The notes below the pieces were generated by a model. The model did no database searches, was not told the DNA's origin, and saw nothing but the letters and a program-made list of their open reading frames with translations. A program made the position numbers and the translations under genes. Shown one piece after another: positions 28,678-40,483 of a DNA stretch of 64,000 nucleotides. Origin of the DNA: an uncultured virus (IMG/VR IMGVR_UViG_3300046171_000218) (lineage: Duplodnaviria; Heunggongvirae; Uroviricota; Caudoviricetes); the IMG/VR virus record IMGVR_UViG_3300046171_000218. One strand, written 5' to 3'. Every line of letters starts with the position of its first letter. Positions within the stretch are counted from its first letter, which is position 1.

Positions 28678-30069
28678 TCACATAAGGTTCTTAACAGCAA
28701 CACGTCTGTAGTAACGGTTGGCGTTGATGTGAAGAGCGCCGAGTCCAGCGTCAGTTCCTTCTGCAAATGGGTTGGCAACCATACCGTAACGAGTCTTGAA
28801 GCCAATCTTGGGTTGGAAGGTATCCTGTCCAACGGCACGAACCATTTGAAGGGGAACGTATGGGCAGTAGAACAGTCCAGCGTCATAAGGAGAAGTACCC
28901 TTATAACCGACAACGTAATACTGGTTACCAGGAGTTCCGTTGCTTGAAGTCAGGTTAGCAGAATAAGGATCGATGTATACGCGATACTTACCTTGCAGAA
29001 CACCAGCGAAGGTGTTACCTGTGTCATCAACGTTCAGGTTAGCGTTCAGAGCAGGGGTGTAGTCAAGTACACCAGCCATGGTGAGAGCAGAAGCAACGTC
29101 AGCAGAGCAAAGGATTGTGTTGCCCTTTCCTCTACGAGTTCTTTGTGCAATCGCGTTGGCGTCTCTTTCGATCTGGAACAGCAGTCCCTTAAACTTCTCA
29201 ACACTCCAGCGTCCGTTGGAGTCGATGTCAAGATCGAACTCACCAGCGGTAGCGGTGTTCTGAACAGCACCTTGCTCAGCAACCTTGTAGATAGTACGGA
29301 TAACTTCGCGGTTGATCTCAGCCAGAATCTCAGTGGAGAGAATGTTGGCGAGTTCAGCCTCGGCGTTTAAACCGTGGATTGCTTTCAGATCCTGTGCCAG
29401 TTCCAGGGAATACTCAGCCTTGAGGGCGCGTGACTTAGCAGTTACGGTTACCTTCTCAATGCTGAATGCCATCTCATTGAAGGCATTTCCTGCTGTACCA
29501 TCTCCGAGTGCTTCAGACGTCTGGCAGTTGTCATGCCTTGTCCAGCGTTATAACCGATGGAAGAGGCAGAACCAACAGGGTTCAGAACAGCAGGATTAGT
29601 ACCACCCTTGTGAAGTAGTACCCATACCAGCGTTGGCATCGGAGAAACCACCAGTGAGGTTACGTCCGAAGTTCTGTCCGGAGAATGCAGAATCAGGCTC
29701 GTTGTAGAACGATTCGGTTCCAGACTGATTCTGATAACGTGAACGCATCGCGAAGATGAGTCCAGTAGGGCCGCTCATGGGTTGAACGCCAGCCAGATCA
29801 TAAGCGATCAGGTTAGGCATAGAGCGTCTGATCAGTGAGATCAGTACGGGATCGAAGTTATCTACAGCCGATCCGGTTGAGTTGGTGGGAGCAGCCTCAT
29901 TGAGGATAGATCCACTATTCTCAAAAGAGGAAGTCTCTCTGAGGAATTTTTCTTGGTTTTCGAGCAGGACAGCGGTTACAGCTCTACGATGAGAATCTTT
30001 GATTGATTCGCAACCCTCAGCGTTGAGGAGAGGTGCCCACTTTTCCTGCAACTGTTCGGAATGGAACAT
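28678..30069 (-). CDS. 23: major capsid protein (T4 gp23); frameshifted
   Basis: LQEKWAPLL, GVQPMSGPTGLIFAMR, KSRALKAEYSLELAQDLKAIHG, FQPKIGFKTRY; indels at ~29500-29610. Confidence 0.97.
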
Positions 30070-30111
30070 TGCGGTTTACCTATTAAAGTTAGTGTTTGTT
30101 TAATGTTAAAT

Positions 30112-31235
30112 TCAGGATTTGCTAAAAGTTCCCAGGGATCTGAGATAAGCACTCATTTGATCAGAATACTGCTGATGGTTATGAGTTTCTCCTTCAGACA
30201 GGGTTTCGGTTTTAGCAGAAGGAGTGGACTTGGGGAAATAAGATTCCTTCAGAGTCTCCAACTTTTCACGATAAGATTTTTCACTTTCAAACTCTACACT
30301 TTCGGAAAGTGAAGCGAGTTTCTCCTTCTGAGTGGATGCAAGTCCTTCAGAAATTTCATCGAGAATACCATCTGCAACAGACTCATTAAGTCTGCCATTC
30401 AGAGCAATATTTTTCTCGATTTGCTCGTTGAGTTTTGTCTCCATATCATCAAGTTTTTCTACCATGCTCTCAAGCACATCGTATTTTTCTTCAGGGATTG
30501 ATACATAATGTTCTTCAAAAAGTCCTCTCATTCCAGAAAGGAATGATTCAGTCATTTCATTCTTGAGTCCTGCTTCGACGGCGAGTGCATTTTCTGCAAC
30601 CCACTCATCGGCAACATACTCAAGATAAGAATCAACACGCTCAGCGAGTGATTCCTTCGCTGCCTCAACTTCTTCTGCGAACTTGGCAGCATATGCTTCT
30701 TCCAGTTCTACCTTGATGGTAGAAACTTTGGAATTGATAGCGGATTCAAAGATTGTCTTTGCTTTTTCTTTGAAATCTTCGGAGAGTTCTTCGCCACCGA
30801 GAAGAGCATTAACGTCTTCTTCAACGTTATACTCAGCAACTACCTCTTCTTCAGTAGTTTCTTCTTCAGCAACAACTTCTTCAGTAGTAGTTTCTTCTTC
30901 AGCAACTACTTCGTCAGTGGTTTCTTCTTCGATAACAGGTTCCTCTACTTCAACTTCCTCAGCAGGCAGCCATTGCTGGTTTTGCCTTAGCATTTACAAC
31001 ATCCTTAACTTGCTTAAGGGTTGCACCAGGTGTCTTCAGCTTTGCTGAATCATCATCAGTCTTATAGTTCTCAGGGAGTTGGGCCACCGAGATCCTCGTA
31101 AGAGGCAGTTTGTCCGGGGGTTGTTCCAGACATAGAGGGCATAGGATCGCCAGGTTTGGCGTTAGCGTTAGCAGCAGTTTTAGACTGCTGTACATTGCCT
31201 ACTTCCATTTCTTGTAAATTTTGTCCACTAGACAT
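30112..31235 (-). CDS. 22: prohead core scaffold (T4 gp22); frameshifted
   Basis: LSEDFKEKAKTIFE, VDSYLEYV, acidic coiled coil; start MSSGQNLQE. Confidence 0.9.
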
Positions 31236-31269
31236 TTGAACAGCTCCGTATCCGTTTTTAAAAATACTA

Positions 31270-31281
31270 TATTTATTTATA
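31270..31281 (-). promoter_or_regulatory. late promoter (TATAAATA) upstream of gp22; representative of many
   Basis: (A/C)TAAATA also recurs just upstream of genes at about 4268, 28611, 32490, 34200, 37128, 42223, 43184, 43707, 51036, 52114, 56675, 56998, 57347, 58793 and 61064. Confidence 0.75.
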
Positions 31282-31304
31282 AATTAGAAAACTTTATCAA
31301 TAAA

Positions 31305-31957
31305 TCAGAGATTGTTGAGAAAGTCTTGAAAAAGATCTAATTTCTTTTCATCTAATTGCTTTTGGGTAGCAAGAGTGTTAATCTGCTTATATGTTTTTTC
31401 AGCATATCTTTCACGGAGGATTCCTCCTTCCCATACCCAATCTTTTCCTTCCATAATTCCTTCAACAAATGCATCAGGGAGCAGAAGGATCAGCAACGAT
31501 ATCAGCAGCAGTTGCTAACATGAAATCATCGCCGACGATATTAGTTCCCTTCTTTTGTCATTTTAAGAGAACCAATACCTCTAGAAGAAACACCAAGTTT
31601 TACTCCTTCATCAATAAGTGAAGAAGCAATCTTACCCATGGGTGTTCCCAGGATTTTTGCTTTACCAATAAAGTTAGAACCAGATTCTCTCAGAGAAACA
31701 ATTTTGTGAGATACACGATCTAAGTTGACGGTAGGGCCGTCTGGATGTCCAAGTTCGCCAAGTGCTCTGCCTGCCTGAACATGGTTTTCGTTGTATCGTT
31801 CAACTTCACGGCGTAGTGTTTCCATAGGATACATTCTACCATTGCGGTTTTTAATGTTTCCTTGAAGGAATACACCCTCGATGTAAAGTTGTTTTTTACC
31901 GCCTTTCGATTCGACAATGAATTCGACGGATTCGATTTCTTCTCTGATGAGTTTCAT
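31305..31957 (-). CDS. 21: prohead protease (T4 gp21); frameshifted
   Basis: MKLIRE, NRNGRMYP, ALGELGHP, GVSSRGIGS, AFVEGIME. Confidence 0.95.
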
Positions 31958-31962
31958 ATGTT

Positions 31963-32235
31963 TTAACCGGTAAATCCTACTTTTGTTCCAAGAACACTTG
32001 CATCAGCAGCAAAAATTACATAACTAGATCTTTTTTCAACATATTCGACACTATTTGGAGGGAGTGTCATAGATCCAATTCCACTACCACTTTGTTCTTC
32101 CAAAATGGTAATTTTATGAGCGTCGGTGCTATCAGTATTTACAAGTCTAACCACAGTTGCTGCGCCAAAACTAGTGGCAGCGCCTGCGTTTGTTGGACAA
32201 GCAATTTCAGCTCCAACTAGTAATGAACGAGCCAT
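31963..32235 (-). CDS. hypothetical protein in head module
   Basis: 90-aa ORF between gp67-like gene and gp21. Confidence 0.65.
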   Translation of the reverse strand: MARSLLVGAEIACPTNAGAATSFGAATVVRLVNTDSTDAHKITILEEQSGSGIGSMTLPPNSVEYVEKRSSYVIFAADASVLGTKVGFTG

Positions 32236-32236
32236 T

Positions 32237-32462
32237 TCAGACAGTCTCCTCTTCTGGTTCTTCTTCAGTTTCTAATTCGTCGGTGACTTCAAGAGTTTCC
32301 TCTTCATCTTCAACATCATTTTCACCAAATAAACTGTTTGCTACTAAAGGGCGAGCAGCATCAACCCTTTCAGCAGCTTTTCCAAACAAAATATCCTTGA
32401 TTCTATCGCTAATTTGCGAAGGGAGAATCATCGGATACAATCATATCCATAAGTTCATCCAT
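32237..32462 (-). CDS. small acidic prohead core protein (gp67-like); frameshift near 32420
   Basis: MDELMDMIVSDDS-SQISDRIKDILF..., acidic tail; follows portal. Confidence 0.6.
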
Positions 32463-32492
32463 GTTTTATAGTCAAAATTTACTATAATTTAT

Positions 32493-34173
32493 TTATATCT
32501 CCCCACCCTTGGGTAATTCTGGTGCTTCAGTAGAAGAACCATCAACTTCTGGTTCCATAACTGGTTGTCCTAAATCATTACCACCAACTGCTCCTGGTAT
32601 TGGTTGTCCAGTTTGAGGATCGATTTGCATTTCTGCAGGATCGGGAATAATACCTGCTTTGATTTCTTTTTCAATAAGTTTATCTTGTTCGATAATTTCT
32701 TCATCAGTCTGACGAAGAACTTTTCTTCTAATGTAATCCTGGGAGTAATACTTACCGACATATGCTTCAGCAGTTTGAACCAAAGTAAGTCTTTCGTTCA
32801 TCAGTTCTGCATCTTTCAGTTCAGCAAAATGATTATCATAAAGGAAATCATATTGAATATGCTCACTCATCAACTCCCAATCTTCAGGAGTGATAACATT
32901 CTTAAGAAGAAGTTGAGTTTTCAGCATGTCATTGAACATTCCTGAGAATCTCTTTCTCAGTCTTCCAACAAATTTACTGAATTTAACTTCATCTCTCAGG
33001 ATTTCAGAAGATCTCCCCAGGTTAAACCCGCCATCTCCTTCAATTCTGGAGATAGGAACATTAAGTGACTTGTACAGTTTCTTTTTAAAATATTCAATAT
33101 CAGTGATTTCGCCCAGGTTTTGTCCGCCAGGCAAAGTGGAGATTTCGGTGCCTCTTCCGCCCTCACGCCTGGGAAGCCAGAAATCTTCAAGCATTGACAT
33201 GAATTTTTTGTCATCACGAATCTCACCTGTTTGTGCATTATATACAAGTTTGTTGCGATATCTGTTCATTACATCACGCAGATATTGCTCTGCCTTTACT
33301 TTTGGCAGATTACCAACATCAATATAGAAAATTCTGCGCTCTGGTGCTCTTGATAGTCTGTAAATTACCAGAGAATCCTCAATCATTCTCAATTGATTGA
33401 GAGACTTTAATTGCTTTGTGAAGATATGAAAGGGTTGATCCTTTATTGCGATCTACTAGTCCTGATGAACAATATGTGATTGAATCTTTGGAGAATTTAA
33501 CTCCAGATTGTCCACCTTGTGCGGATCCAGGACTTGCACTAGGATATGTACTCTTCGGATTGTAGACAAAATACTCTTCAATCTCTGGAAATTCATATTC
33601 CATCGGATTGTCAGAGCCTCTACCAATATTCAGCTAAACGAATATTATTGCTATCTTTTTTCTTTTGTTGACGCACATAACGCATTTTCATTGCGTCAAT
33701 ATAGCGTAATTCTTGAATACCCTCATGAGGGTTCTTCATATCAATGACTTTATGGTAGTAAAGTCGTCCGTCAATATACCAATTTCTATAGATTTCGTGT
33801 GCTTTTTTGTTCAAAATCTAATAAACTGAGGATATATTTGAACTCATCTCTGATCTTTCTTTTAATACCATCGCTGGCATTTAGGTTAGAAAGTTCTATT
33901 TCGACAGGAGAATCATTAGTATCAGGCAACAATTGCTTCATTTACAACATCTTCGATGGCACTATCACACTCAGGATGAAGTGCCATCTCACGATAACGC
34001 TTGATTAAATCAAACTCTGTCTTGTAGACACCTTCAATATCAACATATTGTCCGAAAAATCCACTAGTTAAATAGTGATCTACCCCGTCCTCATTATTAG
34101 GAGGAACGGGGGAAACCACACTAGGTGGAGTTTTTTCGGTGTCCTCAATCGAGAACCCAAATAATTTAGACAT
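32493..34173 (-). CDS. 20: portal vertex protein (T4 gp20); frameshifted
   Basis: LFGFSI, WYIDGRLYYH, YRLSRAPERRIFYIDVGNLP, EDFWLPRREGGRGTEI. Confidence 0.96.
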
Positions 34174-34202
34174 GATTTATTTGTAGTCTTTTATTTCACT
34201 AT

Positions 34203-34862
34203 TTATTGAAGTACCTGATCAACCTGATCAGAGGCACCACCAGTCTGACTACCTGTTCCTGCAGTCCAATATTGAACTTGGAATGTTACAGTGAATTCTT
34301 CAATAGTGTCAGTGGTATCATAAGAAAGTGCAATTTCAGACACTTCAGTTGGGAAAATATCACGGAACATATATGTTCTAAGTGGTTTTACACTATCATT
34401 TCCACCACTACCATCTCCATCCCCAGTGTTATTAAATGAATGTTTTCCTTTATTAGCACCTTTTCCAAGTTGGTGAACGACAGCGTTGCCCATGTATGAA
34501 GCAGGATTAGTAGCACCAGAAGCATCAGATAGTTTACTGATACCATTCATCCACTTTTCAAATTTCTTTCTCATTCTGAAGTTTTCATCATTGATAACAG
34601 TGATTGTCCAGGTATCAAAGGTTCTATCTCCAGCAACTTTAAGAGTTCTTCCTCTGAATGGAATTTCAATTGGAGTAATATTAGAGGAAGGTAAAGCAGC
34701 TGCTTTACAAAGAAACTGAAATTCTTCTTGAGCAGAAGCATTAAACGTACCCGTGCTGCTGGTTCCAGGCCACGATACCATATTTACTTCAAATAAATTA
34801 GGACGAGCACCGCCCCCCTGAAGGGCGGATTTAAATTGACTGATCGTTTTTAAACTTGACAT
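34203..34862 (-). CDS. 19: tail tube protein (T4 gp19)
   Basis: GGARPNLFEV, FRGRTLKVAGDRTFDTW, IEEFTVTF. Confidence 0.95.
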   Translation of the reverse strand: MSSLKTISQFKSALQGGGARPNLFEVNMVSWPGTSSTGTFNASAQEEFQFLCKAAALPSSNITPIEIPFRGRTLKVAGDRTFDTWTITVINDENFRMRKKFEKWMNGISKLSDASGATNPASYMGNAVVHQLGKGANKGKHSFNNTGDGDGSGGNDSVKPLRTYMFRDIFPTEVSEIALSYDTTDTIEEFTVTFQVQYWTAGTGSQTGGASDQVDQVLQ

Positions 34863-34896
34863 TAGTTGATTCCTCCGTAATTAGTTTATTATTAAA

Positions 34897-37096
34897 TCAA
34901 ACTCTACCAGTTACTTCTTCAAAAGAAACACCTGTTCGTGTAGCAACGAACGTCAAGGTAACATAGTTAATAGTTTTGGTGGGTTTCAAGAAGATGTCTG
35001 CTCTGAATTCATTGTTGTCAACAATGTCAGGAGTGTTATTAGAGGAATCACAAATGACGCGGAAGTCATACAGTCCTCTCTTTGCTTGAACATCGCGAAG
35101 ATACGGTTCTACAGCATTGGTGAATGAAGATCTTGTGTTCTCATCATTGAACTCAAATAGTTGATCGTTTGCAAGTCCTTCCAGTGCTTTTTCTACTGTA
35201 AGGAATAAGCGACGAACGTTAATTCTGTCAAAGGCAGATGCAAAACCTAATCCGGTTTTATCTCCAAAAAGAACAGTTCCAGTGCCAGGTAATGTTATAA
35301 TAGAGTTAACTCTTGCTTCATACAGAGAATCTCTTTGTGACTTATTGGGGTTAAATGCAAGTTTAATTGCATTATTGAGAACACCTCTTTGTTGTCCTGC
35401 AGGAGAATACCAGGGGAATTGATCAATTTCAGTTCTAACCATCAGTCCTGCAATATCACCATTTGTTGGGATATAACGGAATTGATTGTTAAACCTATCA
35501 TAAGTATACTTATATCCACTATCAAAGAAGGCGAATGAAGAAGAAGATAGTGAACTGAAGAACTTAACAACATTGTTAGTTTGATCTGTGGTAGAAGAAA
35601 CATCTACAACATTATTTCTGTGTGGTGAGATGCAAGCAATACAATCTTTCCTCTCATTAGCAATAGAAATCAGTTTGTTTGCTTTTGCTTGAGATTCTGC
35701 CTCAGTTGTGCATCCAGGCCCCATCAGTAAGAAGTTAACTTCAATTTCGTCCTTATTGGCAAACAGATCGTATCCATCAGCAACAGATCCAAGAGAAGCA
35801 GACATGCCAGCGTTGTCGGTTCCGCTATAGTCCTTACCATTTGTAAGAGTGTAAGTTTTATTACCAATGCACTGAATGTCACACCTTGAGCATCTTGTCC
35901 AAATAGTCCTTGTGATGTTGTAAAAGGAGTAAAGGAAGCAGAGAATCCAGTTGCAACTGGTTTTGTTCCATGGAAACTATCTTCAGCAGAGGAAACATTT
36001 CCACCCGCATATAGATACTTAGAACCTTGTGCGAGATAATCCTTATAGTAAGTTCTTTCTGGTGATGCTAAAGCAGATACAGTATCAAGTGCTTTAGACA
36101 TGAAAGTATTCTTTTCAAGAATATTTCCTTTAATTCCAGTTACAGAACCAGTATCATCTACGACAACAACGTGCATTCCATCACCTTTACCACTTCTATC
36201 GGTAACATACTTACTAGAAACGGGTTTAGGAGCTATCTCTTTCCAGAAGATGGTTGAATTGGAGAGTCCTAATGTCTGTCCATCATACCAATCAGTTACA
36301 GTGCCAGCAGCACCAGCAAATACTCCAATTCCTTTACCAGTGTTAATTCCTGAGTTGTTTACGGGAATAATTGTTGATCCACTCTGGAAAGATCTTAATG
36401 GATCTGACTGAACATAATCAATAGCAGTTTCAGTTCCTGCACCAGATACTCTTGATACAACCTTAACAACAATGTTACTTGCACTGTTAGTTGAGTCAGT
36501 TGTTACTCCAGTTATAATTCCTTTTAAGAATCCATCAACAGCTTTAGTTGTACCTACACCTGCCTCTGTTCCTGATAGTGCCATGGTAACACCAAAACCA
36601 ACCGTGAAGTTGGATAATCCAGGATCATTAGTTGTAATACCAATGACTTGATCGCCGAAGTCATCAATAGTAGCAACTTTTAAGTCGTTGAGATAAGTTC
36701 CAGGATTCTTTGCAGAATAGTAGAAATCTGTTGCAGAACTATAACTTGCGTTATAGTCATCGAAGTTCTTGATTTTAAGAGATGTGGAAGCAATTCCTAC
36801 ACCAGCATTAGCATTGTTGAGGTTTGCACCATCAACTCTGACGACTTTTAATCTTCCGCCATAAGTGAGGAAGATGAAGCAGTCATCCAGTATTCATAGT
36901 GCCTATCTGTTGAGATAGGTTGTCCGAATACTTCGATCAGTTCTGCTTCTGTAGTAATATCGATCGCTTCAGAAACAGGGCCCAGACTAAAGGGGCCGGC
37001 AATTGCGCCATTGTTCTGAAGAAGATTATCAGCTCTTCCTACAGTTACATCAACCTCCCTTACAAGTATCCCAGGAGATAATTGAGGAGTCGCCAT
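34897..37096 (-). CDS. 18: tail sheath protein (T4 gp18); frameshifted
   Basis: LSPGILVREVD, PWYSPAG, FDRINVRRLF, FEFND. Confidence 0.95.
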
Positions 37097-37172
37097 GTTT
37101 TTCTCCGTTGTCTCAGTTTATCTAAGAATATTTAGAATTTTGACTATTTTCAGCGGGGAAACGAGACGCGAA

Positions 37173-37403
37173 CTACCAATCTGGATAGTTCCAATCAATA
37201 AAAGGTGTTTGTTTCTTTCTTTTATCAAGTATTCTCTTAATGGTGCAGTCTTTACACTCATAAGAATATGATGATGCAACTGCTCCTCTATCTTTTCTTG
37301 TTCTGTAAAATCCTTCTATTAAGTTTTTAGTCTCGCCACACACTCTACACTTTCGATCATTTAGAAGCAGATGCCCCAATTTTATCTGCTTATCTAAATC
37401 CAT
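37173..37403 (-). CDS. small zinc-ribbon protein
   Basis: CRVC...FY...CKDC. Confidence 0.65.
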   Translation of the reverse strand: MDLDKQIKLGHLLLNDRKCRVCGETKNLIEGFYRTRKDRGAVASSYSYECKDCTIKRILDKRKKQTPFIDWNYPDW

Positions 37404-37648
37404 TAGAACCATCTCCATGGAAGCATTGAATAACCTAACATGTTTAACACTGGTTCAAATGCTAATGCTAAAAGTGTGAACATCAACACTTCGATAAAGG
37501 TTTGTTTCCATAATGGTTGCTTTGACTTCCATTCTTTAAATTTATTTGGTTTACTTACTAAAGCATATAAACCAGATTTTTTACCAACAATTTCTGCCCA
37601 CCAATTTGGATCAACAATATTACTCAATAAGTTTAAAAATCTAATCAT
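37403..37648 (-). CDS. small membrane protein
   Basis: C-terminal hydrophobic helix; overlaps gp17 stop. Confidence 0.55.
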   Translation of the reverse strand: MIRFLNLLSNIVDPNWWAEIVGKKSGLYALVSKPNKFKEWKSKQPLWKQTFIEVLMFTLLALAFEPVLNMLGYSMLPWRWF

Positions 37649-39306
37649 TAGTACTTCCACATATAATCCATACCACCAGCAGTTTCTCCATATTCTGATG
37701 TATTAAACCATCTTTCACCTTCGTCATCAGTGAAACTTTCTTCACCAAGTCCGTCATCCATGAATCCAAAGGGTGCCATGTCTTGTTCTATTTGATTTTT
37801 CTGCTCTTCGTAAAGTCGTTTTCTAATATCTTGATCGGTAAGTTCTTTAAAATAGTCTTGAGCAACTAACCATGCATAGATGACAAGACACATTGCTAAG
37901 TCATCATGGCAACCATCTTCTGCTTCAAATGAATTGTTCTTTGAAATAAATGTGGTGAGTTCTGATATAATATCCAAGTCATTGAAAAGAAGTTTATTCT
38001 CTTCAATCATTGTCTTGAGATTGAGTGCTCCAACTTTCTTGACAGTCTTTGGACATCTTGACGCCAAGTTGTGTCTTCTTACCAGAGAAACCTTGTCCGA
38101 CGACTTGTCCTGCTCTACCTCTCATAGAGCACATCAAAACATTCTGATATTCAAGATCATAGTGAAGAAGTGATGCTACCTGATCACCAACATCATTTAC
38201 TTCACAAAGAATATATGCACTATTATAATTTTTTGCTACTTCATATATGATGTTAGGGAATAACATCGGTTTGATATCGTTATTTTTATACTTTGCAACT
38301 ATTTTATGTGGGAAAGATGTAATATCAGCACAAATAAACGCAGAATAATCTTCACCCACACCTCTTGCTACATCAACTGTAATTAAATAATCATGATCTT
38401 TTTGTGGTTCCTCATATACATCTAATCCTGCATTAGATTTTAAAGGATTATCATAAACCAATGCTTTCAATTTACTTGCAGCGATTAGTGTATCAATAGA
38501 TCCTAGGAACTCACACTCAAACTCAATCTTAAATTGTTGTTCTGAAGTGTTTGCAATGGTTTGTTCTTTCCATGCATCATCTCTTCCTGGAACTTCACTC
38601 CAATGAACATCAGTTGGAATATATTCATTCTTTCCTTTTTCAGCATCACTCCACATTCGGTAGAAGTGATTCATACCATGTGGAGTAGATACAATAATTA
38701 CTTTGGTGTTTTTACCAGAAGTAATAGTAGGATAAACAGAGGCAAAGAACGAGTCAGCAATGTGATTTGGGACAAACGCGAACTCGTCGAGAAAGAGGAT
38801 GTTGAACGACATACCTCGGACAGCACTCGCAGACGTAGAAGCTGCCAATATCTTACTGCCATTCTCTAACTCCAAAGAACCTTTGTTCCATACCATTATA
38901 CCCTGCTGCATCCATTTAGGCAGATTCTCATATGCAGTTTGTAATCTACCTAAAAGTTCCCTAGCTGTTGCTGCTTTGTTAGCAAGTATGCCAATGTTAA
39001 CGCTATCATTGAAAATCGCATAATGAAGAAGATAAGAAACAACTGTAGTACTTTTGCCAGTCTGTCGCGGCATTTTGCAGATGTTAAATCTATTCTCATG
39101 AAAGTTGTTAATTAACTTTTCTTGAAAGCGATACGGTTTGAATGATACAAGTCCTTCATCCAAACTAACAATTTTTACATACTTATTAGCAAAATAAACC
39201 GGATCACGTTGACATTGAACAAACTCAATAATTTGTTCTTCAGTAAACTCAATTGGTGTATTTGCTTTTTTTAATTAGGATTGCCAAGATATACATTATC
39301 AGACAT
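37648..39306 (-). CDS. 17: terminase large subunit (T4 gp17); frameshifted
   Basis: YLGNPN, PRQTGKST, LDEFAF, STPHG, DVARG, HDDLAM. Confidence 0.96.
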
Positions 39307-39315
39307 TTTATCTCC

Positions 39316-40149
39316 TTAAGTACCAATACCAATTGATGCATTATCTGCAACCAATAAATCAAATGATGTAGATACAGTGCAGTTAGATCCAGTGTATGCT
39401 CTTACCTCAATATCAGTTTTTTCTGGAAAGAACACTGGATAACTATATTCTTTTACTAAGTTACTTCCATAAAGATTTATCTCAGTTACCAATCGGAATG
39501 GTTTAGTAACGCCTTCTTCATATTGTCTTTGAAACATTCTAACAGCATTCTCTTGATTCTTATTTTGAGTTGCTGTCATCTGCTTTAAGAAGGCAGATTT
39601 GTTTGCAGGAATGGTATAAAAAGCAACTTGAGATTGTCCCATATCTGCCGCAATGGCACAATATGCGGTGTTACCTATTGATATGGTAATATCTCCAGCA
39701 TTTGTATTTCCGCTGTCAATAAATGCTCTATGAGTTCTATAAAATGTGACTATACCCGATACACTTCCAGTTCCATTGAGAGAAATAGTTTCTTGAATTT
39801 CATTATAATTAGCATCTAATCCCTGAACAACAATGTTAGACGCTCCAGTACCAACAGAACTATCCTGAGCACTTGAAGATACTATGGTTAAAGTTCCTGG
39901 ATTATCGGGAAATTGATATATCCCAGTCTCAGTCCAAACAGTATCATAATCTGCTGAAGTCGAAACTACAGAACCAAACTTATGAACGTTTGCAATTTCA
40001 GTCATAATACCGGCAGAGACATTCAGTTCAAACTGAGTGTTGCCTCCACAAGCACCAATATTTCCAAATTGATCAGCACATATAAAAACCTCAAATAGGG
40101 TTCTACCATCATTGAGGTAATCTTGATTATTTTTATTCCACTGAGCCAT
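39316..40149 (-). CDS. hypothetical, probably virion-associated beta-rich protein
   Basis: 277-aa intact ORF, MAQWNK...; ends IGIGT. Confidence 0.6.
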   Translation of the reverse strand: MAQWNKNNQDYLNDGRTLFEVFICADQFGNIGACGGNTQFELNVSAGIMTEIANVHKFGSVVSTSADYDTVWTETGIYQFPDNPGTLTIVSSSAQDSSVGTGASNIVVQGLDANYNEIQETISLNGTGSVSGIVTFYRTHRAFIDSGNTNAGDITISIGNTAYCAIAADMGQSQVAFYTIPANKSAFLKQMTATQNKNQENAVRMFQRQYEEGVTKPFRLVTEINLYGSNLVKEYSYPVFFPEKTDIEVRAYTGSNCTVSTSFDLLVADNASIGIGT

Positions 40150-40152
40150 AAT

Positions 40153-40482
40153 TTACTGCCACTCTAATTTTCCTGGATGATATCTCTTAATATCTGCAAT
40201 CTTAACTGTTGGTTTTTGTTCAACAGGATAAATTCTCTGAACTATCACTCCAGGATATTCATCTTGCAATTGTTCTCCTAATTCTTGAGTTGTGGGTAAT
40301 CTTAAAGATTCCATTTTCTCAAGTTTCATCCTATATATGCTTCCCATCCAAACAACATCAGCAAAATATTCTTCTTGCTCCTGAACATCCCGATTAACGG
40401 AATCGCCGCTAACATTTAGAGTGCCATTGAAGTCGCCATTAATAGTGACACTCTCAGATAAAAATTGTTTAAATGATTTCAT
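40153..40482 (-). CDS. putative internal head protein with capsid-targeting-like N-terminus
   Basis: Start MKSFKQFLSES directly after the upstream stop. Confidence 0.6.
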   Translation of the reverse strand: MKSFKQFLSESVTINGDFNGTLNVSGDSVNRDVQEQEEYFADVVWMGSIYRMKLEKMESLRLPTTQELGEQLQDEYPGVIVQRIYPVEQKPTVKIADIKRYHPGKLEWQ

Positions 40483-40483
40483 A

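Noticed and set aside
30820..30930. EEETT-x-EVVA repeats in gp22
   Set aside because: Ordinary low-complexity acidic linker of the scaffold protein
37173..37403. Homing endonuclease between gp17 and gp18
   Set aside because: Only a CxxC...CxxC zinc ribbon; too short and no HNH or GIY-YIG catalytic motif
28678..39306. Pseudogenes or programmed frameshifting in head, tail and terminase genes
   Set aside because: Too many essential genes are affected, protein motifs are otherwise intact and no common slippery motif is seen; sequencing error is simpler
21271..39306. Stop-codon reassignment (alternative genetic code)
   Set aside because: In the breaks examined the protein continues in a different frame rather than through an in-frame stop; long genes such as gp43 are intact under the standard code
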